A stretch of DNA of 32,000 nt from Oceanibacterium hippocampi (GTDB lineage: Bacteria > Pseudomonadota > Alphaproteobacteria > Sneathiellales > Sneathiellaceae). The notes under the pieces are model-generated. The model was not told the DNA's origin, made no database searches, and saw nothing but the letters and a program-made list of their open reading frames with translations. The number at the start of each line of letters is the position of its first letter. Position 1 is the first letter of the stretch. The translations under genes were made by a program, and so were the position numbers. Positions 9,826-19,198 of this stretch are shown here, one piece after another. The DNA lies in NCBI RefSeq assembly GCF_900172325.1, contig NZ_FWFR01000001.1, positions 1,410,335 through 1,442,334 on the forward strand, in the 5' to 3' direction.

Positions 9826-10392
9826 TCAAGCTTCCGCGCGGCCGAGTTCGAAGAAGCGGCCGGCGCTCCAGACGCCAAGGCGGTCGTCATCGCCGTCCGC
9901 CCCGGTGGCCAGGTCGACAAGGTCGTAGAAGACGGCGCGGGCGATCAGTGCCTCGAGACCGTCACGGACCATGATATAGGGTGCCGGCTCGCCGCTGTCC
10001 GGGTCGGTCGCGATACGGATCGGATGATCGGCGTCGGCGACGACGTAATCGTCGACCTGGGTGCGGAAGGCGATCCGCTGTTCCACGCCCTCGCCGTCGA
10101 CGAACATCTCGACCGCGACGAAGGGGGCGTCCTCGACCGTGATCTCGAATCGCTCGACCGGCGTGACCAGGTAATAGCGGCCATCCGCATCGCGCCGCAG
10201 GATCGAAGCGAACAGCTTCACCATCCGCCTGCGCGCGATGGGCGAGCCCATGTAGTGCCAGCTGCCGTCGCGCGCGATGGTCATGTCGAGCTTGCCGAGG
10301 CAGTCCGGATTCCACTTGTGAACCGGCGGCTTGCGGTCGTCGCGGACGGCCTTCGCGATGTGATCGAGCATATCGGGGCTGGTCATCACCAT
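9826..10392 (-). CDS. DUF1285 domain-containing protein
   Basis: ATG at 10392; WNPDCLGKLDMTIARDGSWHYMGSPIARRRMVKLFASILRRDADGRYYLVTPVERFEITVEDAPFVAVEM. Confidence 0.9.
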   Translation of the reverse strand: MVMTSPDMLDHIAKAVRDDRKPPVHKWNPDCLGKLDMTIARDGSWHYMGSPIARRRMVKLFASILRRDADGRYYLVTPVERFEITVEDAPFVAVEMFVDGEGVEQRIAFRTQVDDYVVADADHPIRIATDPDSGEPAPYIMVRDGLEALIARAVFYDLVDLATGADGDDDRLGVWSAGRFFELGRAEA

Positions 10393-10477
10393 CGTTTGGC
10401 CACACCTATCTGAAAAACGATCATCGGCTCTCCTATTCGTTACCCACAAACCGGCCACGGACCATATACTTAGTATC

Positions 10478-11476
10478 ATGCAGCACGCGAGCGACACCGC
10501 CGACACGCTTTTGCAGGAGATCGAAGCGCTCGGCGACAAGATCAGAGATCTCCGGGAAGCGATCGGCGAGGTGATCTTCGGCCAGGACGAGGTCATCACC
10601 GAAGCACTTATTACCCTTCTCGCCGGCGGCCATGCGCTGCTGATCGGGGTGCCGGGACTGGCCAAGACGCGCCTGGTCGAGACGCTGGGCACGGTGCTCG
10701 GCCTCGACGACAAGCGCATCCAGTTCACCCCGGACCTGATGCCGGCCGATATTGTCGGCTCCGAGGTGATGGACGAGGGAGAGGGCGGCCGCCGCGCCTT
10801 CCGCTTCATTCCCGGCCCGGTCTTCTGTCAGGTGCTGATGGCCGACGAGATCAACCGCGCCAGCCCGCGCACGCAATCGGCGCTGCTGCAGGCGATGCAG
10901 GAGAAGCAGGTCTCGATCGCCGGCGTCGCGCATGACCTGCCGCGCCCGTTCCATGTGCTGGCGACGCAGAATCCGCTGGAGCAGGAAGGCACCTACCCGC
11001 TGCCCGAGGCCCAACTCGACCGGTTCCTGATGCAGATCGACGTCGCCTATCCGGATCTCGAGGCCGAGCGCCGGATGCTGATCGCCACGACCGGCACCGA
11101 GGAGGCGCGTCCCCGCCAGGTGATGACCGCCGAGGAACTGCTCGCCGCCCAGCGGCTGGTCCGCCGCGTGCCGGTCGGCGATTCGGTGGTCGACGCGATC
11201 CTCGGCATCGTCCGCCAGGGCCGGCCGTCGGAAACCACCGACGACGACGTGGCCCGCCATGTCGCCTGGGGCCCCGGGCCGCGGGCCAGCCAGTCACTGA
11301 TGCTCGTGGTCACCGCCCGCGCCCTGCTCGATGGCAGGCTGTCGCCGTCGGTCGACGATGTCGTGGCGCTCGCGCCGCCCGTGCTCCGTCACCGGATGGC
11401 ACTCAATTTCGCCGCCCGTGCCGATGGCGTGACGCTGGACGACATGATCGAGAAGCTGATCGCCCCCTATCGCTAG
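10478..11476 (+). CDS. MoxR-family AAA+ ATPase
   Basis: GHALLIGVPGLAKTRLVETLG Walker A, VLMADEINRASPRTQSALLQAMQE Walker B region, ATQNPLEQEGTYPLPEAQLDRFL sensor region. Confidence 0.95.
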   Translation: MQHASDTADTLLQEIEALGDKIRDLREAIGEVIFGQDEVITEALITLLAGGHALLIGVPGLAKTRLVETLGTVLGLDDKRIQFTPDLMPADIVGSEVMDEGEGGRRAFRFIPGPVFCQVLMADEINRASPRTQSALLQAMQEKQVSIAGVAHDLPRPFHVLATQNPLEQEGTYPLPEAQLDRFLMQIDVAYPDLEAERRMLIATTGTEEARPRQVMTAEELLAAQRLVRRVPVGDSVVDAILGIVRQGRPSETTDDDVARHVAWGPGPRASQSLMLVVTARALLDGRLSPSVDDVVALAPPVLRHRMALNFAARADGVTLDDMIEKLIAPYR

Positions 11477-11487
11477 GCCGGCCGCCG

Positions 11488-12393
11488 ATGTCCCCGCCCC
11501 GTTCGCCAGCCACAACCGGGAAGACGCTGCAGCACCGGGCCGATCAGGTCGCCGCGGCCTTTCCGCCGCTGCTGATCGCCGCCGAGCGGGTCGCGGCGAC
11601 GGTCGCCCAGGGCGTCCATGGCCGCCGTCGCGTCGGCCCGGGCGAAACCTTCTGGCAGTTCCGGCGCTTCCAGAGCGGCGACCAGATCCGCGCCATCGAC
11701 TGGCGCCGCTCGGCGCGCAGCACGCACTATTTCATCCGCGATACCGAGTGGGAGGCGGCCGAAAGCGTCTGGCTCTGGCGCGACGGGTCGCCGTCCATGG
11801 ACTATCGCTCCGACGGCGCCGAGCAGACCAAGGGCGAACGCGCGACGCTGATCCTGCTCGCGGTCGCGGCGCTGCTGGTGCGGGCTTCCGAGCAGTTCGC
11901 CATGCTCGGCGACGACAGTCGGCCGCGGACCGGGCCGGCGGCGCTCAGCCGCCTCGCGGTGCAGCTGCTGCGCCCGCAGGCGGGGTCGCCCGCGGCGCTC
12001 GGCCTGCCCCGGGTCGAACCGCTGCCGCGATTCTCGCAGGCACTGCTGGTCGGCGACTTCCTCTCGCCGCTCGCCGAACTCGACGCGATCGTGCGCGGCT
12101 ATTCGGCACGCGCCGTCAAGGGCCATATCGTGCAGATTCTCGACCCCGCCGAGGCGGCGATGCCGTTTCTCGGACGCACCCGGTTCGAGGGGATGGAAGG
12201 GGAGGGCGATTTCCTGACCGGCCGGGCCGAGGCGCTGGCCGGCGACTATCGCGATCGCCTGGCCCGCCACGAGGAGGGCCTGCGGACTATCGCCCGGAAC
12301 TACGGCTGGTCCTATGTCCGCCATGTCACCGACCGGCCGCCGGAGTCGCTTCTCCTCGCGCTTTACTGCGCAATGGCCGAGCAATGGGATTGA
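11488..12393 (+). CDS. DUF58 domain-containing protein
   Basis: GRRRVGPGETFWQFRRFQSGDQIRAIDWRRSARSTHYFIRDTEWE...WLWRDGSPSMDY. Confidence 0.92.
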   Translation: MSPPRSPATTGKTLQHRADQVAAAFPPLLIAAERVAATVAQGVHGRRRVGPGETFWQFRRFQSGDQIRAIDWRRSARSTHYFIRDTEWEAAESVWLWRDGSPSMDYRSDGAEQTKGERATLILLAVAALLVRASEQFAMLGDDSRPRTGPAALSRLAVQLLRPQAGSPAALGLPRVEPLPRFSQALLVGDFLSPLAELDAIVRGYSARAVKGHIVQILDPAEAAMPFLGRTRFEGMEGEGDFLTGRAEALAGDYRDRLARHEEGLRTIARNYGWSYVRHVTDRPPESLLLALYCAMAEQWD

Positions 12394-12439
12394 ACCCGGC
12401 GCCCGTGCCTGATCCGCGCCGCCCGGCCGGCGCCGCCCC

Positions 12440-15160
12440 ATGCTGACGCTCGGACCCGTCGCCTTTGCCGCTCCCTGGCTGCTGATCGCGCTGGCGGCGC
12501 TGCCGCTGCTCTGGTGGCTGCTGCGGGTCACCCCGCCCGCGCCGCGGGTCGTCGCCTTTCCGCCGATCCGCTTTCTCTTCGATCTCCGGAACCGGGAGGA
12601 AACCCCGGTTCACACGCCCTGGTGGCTGCTGCTGCTCAGGCTGCTGATCGCGGCCTTCGTGATCCTCGCGGTCGCCCGGCCGCTGCTCAATCCCGGCGCG
12701 GTCACCGACGGTTCGGGACCGCTGCTGATCGTCCTCGACGACGGCTGGGCGGGCGCCGGCAACTGGCAGTCGCGGCGCGAGGTGATGGCCGATCTGCTGA
12801 CCGCCGCCGAACGTGGCCGCCGCCCGGTCGCGATCCTGAAGACCGCGCCGACCGCCCCTGACGGCGAGATCGCGGAGGTCCGGCTGATGTCGGCCGGCGA
12901 GGCGCGCGCCGTGGCCGGCGCCGCGGAACCGCGTCCCTGGCCGGTCGACCGGGGCCGCGCGATCGAGGCGCTGGATGCCTTCGAGGCCGGCGGCGGGGCG
13001 GAGGTGGTCTGGCTGGCCGACGGGGTCGCCGGCGATGCAGCCGGAGACGTCGCCTTTGCCCGGGCGCTGGCCGATCGCGGCCGTCTGACCGTCTATGGCG
13101 ACCCGGATCATCCGGTGATGATGCTCGACCGCCCGGAAATCGTCGGCACCGAGTTGCGCATCGAGGCGCAGCGGAGCGAAGGCGCGGCGCCGGCCGCCGA
13201 CTGGCTGAAGGCGAGCGCCGAAGGCGGTCTGGTACTGGCCCGGGTGCCGCTTTCCTTCGCCGCCGGGGAGCGCACGGCGGGCGCTGTCGTGGCGCTGCCG
13301 ACCGAACTTCGCAATCGCCTGCTCCGGCTCGAGATCGAGGGCGCCGGCAATGCCGCTGCGGTCATGCTGTTCGACGAACGCTGGCGCCGCCGGCCGGTCG
13401 GGCTGGTCTCCGGCGGCGGGCTCGAGACCGCGCAGCCGCTGCTTTCCGACATCTATTACCTGGAGCGCGCGCTGGAACCGTTCGCCGAGGTGCGCAAGGG
13501 CAGCATCGCCGAACTGATCGACCAGGGCATCGCCGTGCTGGTGCTCGCCGATGTCGGCAATGTCGTGGGCAGCGAGCGCGAGGCGCTTGACGGCTGGCTT
13601 AACGCGGGCGGCGTGCTGATCCGCTTCGCCGGCGACAAGATGGCGGCACAATCCGACGACCTGGTGCCGGTTCGCCTGCGCGTCGGCGGCCGCGACCTGG
13701 GCGGCGCGATGTCCTGGTCGGAGCCCGCCAGGCTGGCCCCGTTCGCCGACGAGAGCCCGTTCTTCGGCCTCGAGATGGCGCCCGACGTCCGGGTTCGCCG
13801 CCAGGTGCTGGCCGAGCCCGAGATCGAGCTCAAGCGCAAGACCTGGGCGGCGCTGCTCGACGGCACGCCGCTGGTCACCGCCGACCGCCACGGCGACGGA
13901 CGGATCGTGCTGTTCCACACCACCGCCAATACCGACTGGTCGAACCTGCCGCTGTCCGGGCTCTTCGTGACCATGCTGCAACGTCTCGTGGCGCTGAGCC
14001 GCGGCGTCGCGGCGGACGAGGGGCGCGAGCCGCTGCCGCCCTTCGCGATGCTGGACGGTTATGGCCGGCTGGTGCCGCCACAGAGCAACGTGGCGCGCGC
14101 GGCACCGGCCGGTTTCGACGAGATCGTGCCCGGCCCGACCCACCCGCCGGGCTTCTACGGCACCGCCGAAAGCAAGCGCGCGCTCAACCTGAGCGGCAAG
14201 CTCGGCACGCTAGAGCCGCTCGGTCCGCCGCCGGCAGGCACGGCCGAGCGGGTTTACGCGGCCGAGCAGGAGCGCGACCTGATGCCCTGGCTGCTGACCC
14301 TGGCGGTGCTGCTGCTGTTCGTCGACTTCCTGGTCTCGATGCAGCTTCGCGGCCTGTTGCGCCTGGCGGGCAGGGGCGCGGCGCCGCTCGCGCTGGCGTT
14401 CGCCCTGGCCGCAGGGCTTTCGGCCGACCCGGCACGGGCGCAGACGACCAATGACGCGGACGCGCTCGCCGCGACGCTCGAGACCCGGCTCGCCTATGTC
14501 TTGAGCGGCGAACGGGCGGTCGACGAGATGAGCCATGCCGGCCTCTACGGTCTCGGCCGGGTGCTCTCGGAGCGGACCTCGGTCGAGCCGGCGGCGCCGG
14601 CCGGGATCGATATCGAACGCGACGAGATCGTCTTCTATCCCTTGCTCTACTGGCCCGTGGTGCAGGACCAGCCGCTGCTCTCGGCGGCGGCGCTCGCCCG
14701 CGTCGATGCCTACATGAAGCACGGCGGGACGATCCTCTTCGATACCCGCGAGGGCGGCGGCTTCGAAACCGGGGCGAACGGCGCGCGGCTGCGCCAGCTG
14801 CTCCGTCTGCTCGACATTCCGCCGCTGGCACCGGTGCCCGAGAACCATGTGCTCACCAAGGCCTTCTACCTGATGCACGAGTTTCCCGGCCGCTTCCCCG
14901 GCGGCACGCTGTGGGTCGAGGCGGACGCCAGCGGCACCCATGACGGCGTCTCGGCGATCGTCATCGGCGCCAACGACTGGGCCGCGGCCTGGGCGACCGA
15001 CGAGGACGGGCGGCCGCTCGCGGCGCTCGTGCCGAACAATCCGCGCCAGCGCGAGATGGCCTATCGCTTCGGCGTCAATCTCGTGATGTACACCCTGACC
15101 GGCAACTACAAGGCCGACCAGGTGCATGTCCCGGCAATCCTCGAACGCCTGGGCCAGTGA
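12440..15160 (+). CDS. BatA N-terminal domain / DUF4159 domain membrane protein
   Basis: N-terminal AAPWLLIALAALPLLWWLLRVTPPAPRVVAFPPIRFL; C-terminal DEIVFYPLLYWPVVQDQPLLSAAALARVDAYMKHGGTILFDTRE...LTKAFYLMHEFPGRFPGG (DUF4159-like). Confidence 0.92.
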   Translation: MLTLGPVAFAAPWLLIALAALPLLWWLLRVTPPAPRVVAFPPIRFLFDLRNREETPVHTPWWLLLLRLLIAAFVILAVARPLLNPGAVTDGSGPLLIVLDDGWAGAGNWQSRREVMADLLTAAERGRRPVAILKTAPTAPDGEIAEVRLMSAGEARAVAGAAEPRPWPVDRGRAIEALDAFEAGGGAEVVWLADGVAGDAAGDVAFARALADRGRLTVYGDPDHPVMMLDRPEIVGTELRIEAQRSEGAAPAADWLKASAEGGLVLARVPLSFAAGERTAGAVVALPTELRNRLLRLEIEGAGNAAAVMLFDERWRRRPVGLVSGGGLETAQPLLSDIYYLERALEPFAEVRKGSIAELIDQGIAVLVLADVGNVVGSEREALDGWLNAGGVLIRFAGDKMAAQSDDLVPVRLRVGGRDLGGAMSWSEPARLAPFADESPFFGLEMAPDVRVRRQVLAEPEIELKRKTWAALLDGTPLVTADRHGDGRIVLFHTTANTDWSNLPLSGLFVTMLQRLVALSRGVAADEGREPLPPFAMLDGYGRLVPPQSNVARAAPAGFDEIVPGPTHPPGFYGTAESKRALNLSGKLGTLEPLGPPPAGTAERVYAAEQERDLMPWLLTLAVLLLFVDFLVSMQLRGLLRLAGRGAAPLALAFALAAGLSADPARAQTTNDADALAATLETRLAYVLSGERAVDEMSHAGLYGLGRVLSERTSVEPAAPAGIDIERDEIVFYPLLYWPVVQDQPLLSAAALARVDAYMKHGGTILFDTREGGGFETGANGARLRQLLRLLDIPPLAPVPENHVLTKAFYLMHEFPGRFPGGTLWVEADASGTHDGVSAIVIGANDWAAAWATDEDGRPLAALVPNNPRQREMAYRFGVNLVMYTLTGNYKADQVHVPAILERLGQ

Positions 15161-17232
15161 ACGCGATGGAATTCGCCGACATCCGCTTCGCCCCCCTGAT
15201 CCCGCTCTGGGCCGTGCTCGCGATGGCCGGCGTGGCCTTTCTCCTCACCCTGCTCGGGCTCTGGCGCCGCGCCGCCGGAACGCTGATCCGGGCCGGCGCG
15301 CTTGCCGTCGCCATCCTGGCGCTCGCCAATCCATCCTGGGTGCTGGAGGAACGCGAACCGCTGCCCGACGTCGCGGTGGTCGCGATCGACGAAAGCGCCA
15401 GCCAGAAGATCGGCGTCCGCGAGAACCGCGCCGAGGCCGCCGCCGCCGAGCTCGAGCGCGAACTTGCCCGCTTCCGCGACCTGGAGGTCCGCACGATCCG
15501 CGTGCCCGACGATGGCGGCGAAGCCGGCACGCTGCTCTTCGAGGCGATCCAGAAGGCGCTTTCCGATGTCCCGGCGCGCCGCCACGCCGGGGCGATCCTG
15601 GTCACCGACGGCCAGGTCCACGATGCCCCGGACGGGCTGGCCGGCTCGCCGACCGAGGCGCCCGTCCATGTCCTGCTGACCGGCGAGCGGGGCGAGGGCG
15701 ATCGTCGCCTCACGGTGACCTCGGCGCCGAGTTACGGCATCGTCGGGCGCCAGCTCTCGCTGGAACTGAAGGTCGAGGACCTCGGCCGCGAGGGCTCGGT
15801 GCCGGTCACCGTCTCGATCCGCAAGGACGACAATCCCGATCCGCTGCTCGTCCGCCTGCCGACCGGCGGCGATCACACGGTGCCCTTCACGCTCGACCAT
15901 GGCGGGCCGACCGTGCTGGAAATCGCCGTCGAGGCCGGCCCGGCCGAGCTCACGCTGAAAAACAACCGGGCCGTCGTCGTCGTCAACGGCGTGCGCGACC
16001 GGCTCCGCGTGCTGCTGGTCTCGGGCGAGCCGCATATCGGCGAACGCAGCTGGCGCAACCTGCTGAAGGCCGACCCCTCGGTCGACCTGGTGCATTTCAC
16101 CATCCTGCGTCCGCCGGAGAAGCAGGACGGCACGCCGATCCGCGAGCTGTCGCTGATCGCCTTCCCGATCCGCGAGCTGTTCGAGCTCAAGCTCGACGAG
16201 TTCGACCTGATCATCTTCGACCGCTACCGCCGGCGGGGCGTGCTGCCGCGTGCCTATCTGTCCAACATCGTCGACTACGTGACCTCGGGCGGGGCGATCC
16301 TCGAGGCCGCCGGGCCGGCCTTCGCGACGCAGCTCTCGCTCTACCGGACGCCGCTCGCCGAGGTCCTGCCGGGGCGTCCGACCGGACGCGTCCTCGAACA
16401 GCCGTTCCGCCCGGAACTGACGGCGCTCGGCCATCGCCACCCGGTGACCGGAGACCTGCCCGGCGCGGGGGTCGAGGGCGAGCCGAGCTGGGGCCGCTGG
16501 TTCCGCCAGATCGATGCCGAGGCGACCAGCGGCCGGACCCTGATGTCCGGGCCGGACGGGCGGCCGCTGCTGATCGTCGACCGGGTCGGCGAGGGACGGG
16601 TCGCCCAGCTCCTGTCGGACCATGCCTGGCTCTGGTCGCGCGGCTACGAGGGCGGCGGCCCGCAGGCGGAGATCCTGCGCCGGGTCTCGCACTGGCTGAT
16701 GAAGGAGCCGGACCTGGAGGAGGAAGTGCTGCGCGCCACCGTCGAGGGCCGCCGGCTGACCGTGCAGCGCCGCTCGCTGGAACCCGACCCGAGCCCGGTG
16801 ACGGTAACCGGGCCGTCCGGCGCGGTGAGCACGTTGACGCTCGAGGAGACCGGCGGCGGCCGCGCCGAGGGCGTGATCACCGTCGACGAGCCCGGCCTCT
16901 ACCGCCTCGACGACGGGACCCGGCGGGCGATCGCCGCCGTGGGCTCGGTCAACCCGAAGGAATATGGCGATCTCCGCACCAGCGCCGCGCCGCTCGACCC
17001 GATCCGCGAGGCGACCGGCGGCGGCAGCTACTGGCTCGGCGAGGAGGGGGTGCCAAGCGTGCGGCGGATCTCGGCCGGGCGCTCCAGCGCCGGCGGCAGC
17101 TGGATGGGACTGCGCGCCAACGGCGACTACATCGTCACCGGCCTCAGCCAGTATCCGCTCCTGCCGCCGCTGGCCCTGCTGCTGCTCGTCCTCTGCACCC
17201 AGTTCCTCGCCTGGCGGCGGGAAGGGAAGTAG
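15157..17232 (+). CDS. Large membrane protein with VWA-like N-terminal region and glutamine-amidotransferase-like domain
   Basis: GTG start overlaps the upstream TGA by 4 bp (GTGA). N-terminal TM region, VVAIDESASQKIG, RVLLVSGEPHIGERSWRNLLKADPSVDLVHFTIL, C-terminal TM LLPPLALLLLVLCTQFLAWRR. Confidence 0.88.
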   Translation: MNAMEFADIRFAPLIPLWAVLAMAGVAFLLTLLGLWRRAAGTLIRAGALAVAILALANPSWVLEEREPLPDVAVVAIDESASQKIGVRENRAEAAAAELERELARFRDLEVRTIRVPDDGGEAGTLLFEAIQKALSDVPARRHAGAILVTDGQVHDAPDGLAGSPTEAPVHVLLTGERGEGDRRLTVTSAPSYGIVGRQLSLELKVEDLGREGSVPVTVSIRKDDNPDPLLVRLPTGGDHTVPFTLDHGGPTVLEIAVEAGPAELTLKNNRAVVVVNGVRDRLRVLLVSGEPHIGERSWRNLLKADPSVDLVHFTILRPPEKQDGTPIRELSLIAFPIRELFELKLDEFDLIIFDRYRRRGVLPRAYLSNIVDYVTSGGAILEAAGPAFATQLSLYRTPLAEVLPGRPTGRVLEQPFRPELTALGHRHPVTGDLPGAGVEGEPSWGRWFRQIDAEATSGRTLMSGPDGRPLLIVDRVGEGRVAQLLSDHAWLWSRGYEGGGPQAEILRRVSHWLMKEPDLEEEVLRATVEGRRLTVQRRSLEPDPSPVTVTGPSGAVSTLTLEETGGGRAEGVITVDEPGLYRLDDGTRRAIAAVGSVNPKEYGDLRTSAAPLDPIREATGGGSYWLGEEGVPSVRRISAGRSSAGGSWMGLRANGDYIVTGLSQYPLLPPLALLLLVLCTQFLAWRREGK

Positions 17233-17238
17233 CGCCGC

Positions 17239-17859
17239 TCAGTTCACCGGCCGGCGCGCCTTGCGGGCCTTGCGGGCGGTGGTCAGGCTCTCGACCGCCT
17301 CGGCGGCGATCGGGGCCGGGATCGCCGGTGCGTCGGCATCGTCGAACGGTCGGCCGATCATCCCCGTCACCCCTTCCATGGCGCCGGCGAACAGCGGCTG
17401 CACGAGGAAGCGCCGGTCCTCGACCGGGCCGGGCAGTTCCAGGCCGTAGGGCCGGGCCGGGACGAAGCCGAAGCGGTTGTAATATTCCGGGTCGCCGACC
17501 AGCATGACGATGCGGTGGCCGAACCAGCGGGCGAGCGTCAGCGAACGCTGGATCAGGGCGACGCCGATCCCCTCGCCGCGCCGTTCCGGCTCGATCGCGA
17601 TGGGACCAAGCATCGCCGCCGCGACCGGGGCCGGGCCGTCGACGCCGATCCGGATCGGCCAGTAGCGGATGGTACCGAGCAACGGCCCCAGTTCGGGCGC
17701 CATGCCGGACCTCGCGACGAGGCTGAGGCCGCCCAGCGGCGCGACGCCCTCGCGCAGGCGATAGACCGTCTTGCTGTACCGGTTGGGCCCGAAGGCCCGG
17801 TCGAGAAGCGTTTCGATCTGCGCGGAATCGTCCGGCCGTTCGTGGAGAAGGGTGTACAT
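17239..17859 (-). CDS. GNAT-family N-acetyltransferase (YhbS-like)
   Basis: LGPIAIEPERRGEGIGVALIQRSLTLARWFGHRIVMLVGDPEYYNRFGFVPA. Confidence 0.9.
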   Translation of the reverse strand: MYTLLHERPDDSAQIETLLDRAFGPNRYSKTVYRLREGVAPLGGLSLVARSGMAPELGPLLGTIRYWPIRIGVDGPAPVAAAMLGPIAIEPERRGEGIGVALIQRSLTLARWFGHRIVMLVGDPEYYNRFGFVPARPYGLELPGPVEDRRFLVQPLFAGAMEGVTGMIGRPFDDADAPAIPAPIAAEAVESLTTARKARKARRPVN

Positions 17860-18101
17860 GTCTCTGCCTCGGGCGCTGGCCTGGCCGTCGCGATCCCTGA
17901 AGGATCTCCGGACGGCCGCTCGGGGGAATTGCAGGTGGAGGACACGGCGGGCGCGAGCCGCCGCGCAGTGCGCAGGCGCCTTATCGTCGTCGAGAGATGT
18001 GACGCGGAAGTCGAGACATGAAAACCGTCTAACACACGTCGTGGGCGAAATAAAGCGCCGCTTTCACGGTTCGCCCCGCGTACGCCGGCCGGGCCGGCGG
18101 T

Positions 18102-18950
18102 TCAGAGCGTCGGCTTCTTCTTCTTTCCCGCCCCGGCGGCGACCGCCGCCTTGAGGTCGGCGTCGAACTGCCTGAGGGCGACCAGCAGCGCTTGCTGGTC
18201 GAGCACGGTGACATTCAGTTCCTGGGCGAGCAGGTTGTTGCCCTTGACGGGCAGGATTTCCGCCCGGATCGTCAGGCCGCACCCGCCGTTCCACGAATGC
18301 CCGCCGGTAAACCACGGCTGCGGGCCGTTGACGCAGGTCGCTTTGAGGCGGTCGGGCTCGGTGATGCGGTTGCCGTCGGGGCCGTAGATCCAGCTCAGGA
18401 GTGTCGCGCCGAAGCGATGCTTGGTGCTGTAATAGCCGGATTCGGTCTGGCGGACATGCGGCGCGCCGTATTTCTCGACCAGCGCCTCCTCGAGACCCGA
18501 GATGGACGGATTCTCACCCTCGGCGAAGACGACGCGGCGCCAGATCTGCCCGGCGACCTCCTTCCCGGGCATGCCGAGGAAGGCGACGACAATCTCCTGG
18601 CCGATCGCCTTGCGCGGCGTCAAGCGGCCCTTGAGGGTTTCGCATTCGCTGCCCCAGCCGACCTTGCGGAATTTCTCGCCCGTGTCGCAATCGACCCCGT
18701 CCACGGCGCGGACCAGCTGTCGCGTCGGCACGCCGTTCGACTGGCGAACCCATTGTTCGGCGGTTTCCACGAGCCCGAGATCCTCGCGCGCCTCGAGCGC
18801 GGCGACGATCTCCGCATAGGTCATGCCGGGCGTCAGCCCGGTGATGTCGCCGGCCGGCGCGCTCTGGGCATCCGCCCCCGGCGCGGCCGCGACAACGGCG
18901 AACGCGACCAGAATGCCGCGGGCGATCCGTGAAAAGCCGATCGAATGCAT
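18102..18950 (-). CDS. Secreted hypothetical protein
   Basis: ATG at 18950 preceded by an AAGGGGGG Shine-Dalgarno; signal peptide ARGILVAFAVVAAAPGADAQ; lysine-rich C-terminus GKKKKPTL. Confidence 0.85.
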   Translation of the reverse strand: MHSIGFSRIARGILVAFAVVAAAPGADAQSAPAGDITGLTPGMTYAEIVAALEAREDLGLVETAEQWVRQSNGVPTRQLVRAVDGVDCDTGEKFRKVGWGSECETLKGRLTPRKAIGQEIVVAFLGMPGKEVAGQIWRRVVFAEGENPSISGLEEALVEKYGAPHVRQTESGYYSTKHRFGATLLSWIYGPDGNRITEPDRLKATCVNGPQPWFTGGHSWNGGCGLTIRAEILPVKGNNLLAQELNVTVLDQQALLVALRQFDADLKAAVAAGAGKKKKPTL

Positions 18951-19112
18951 GTTTCCCCCCTTGGATTTCACCTGTCCCGTTCGTTTCGCGATGCCCCCAA
19001 TGGTGTAGTTTAGGAAAATTGCAAGTTCTATCCAGTCAATTTTGCAACCATGTCGTGTTAAATAGGCGGGGCCGCGGCTTGTCCCGGGTCGTCATCCCCC
19101 TGATCCGCATAC

Positions 19113-19144
19113 CACTTTACCTTGTGTGATATCAGGTTAAAGTG
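19113..19144. promoter_or_regulatory. Inverted repeat upstream of flavin reductase gene (candidate operator)
   Basis: CACTTTACC-N13-GGTTAAAGTG (complementary apart from one extra T), about 55 bp upstream of the ATG at 19199. Confidence 0.35.
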
Positions 19145-19198
19145 ATGCGCCGCGGCGCACTGCGCCCGTTCAGGTCATTCCTTCCGGGGCCGAGATCC

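Noticed and set aside
12326-14143. 605-aa minus-strand ORF antisense to the DUF4159 gene
   Set aside because: GC-driven open frame, His/Arg/Gln-rich, no family signature.
15126-17507. 793-aa plus-strand ORF overlapping the VWA-like/amidotransferase-like gene in another frame
   Set aside because: Arg/Pro/Ala-rich low-complexity translation with no domain signature; typical high-GC shadow ORF of the real gene at 15157-17232.
18082-18101. GCCGGCC/GGCCGGC palindrome after the secreted protein gene as a terminator
   Set aside because: No U tract on the relevant strand; GC-rich palindromes are expected by chance in this composition.
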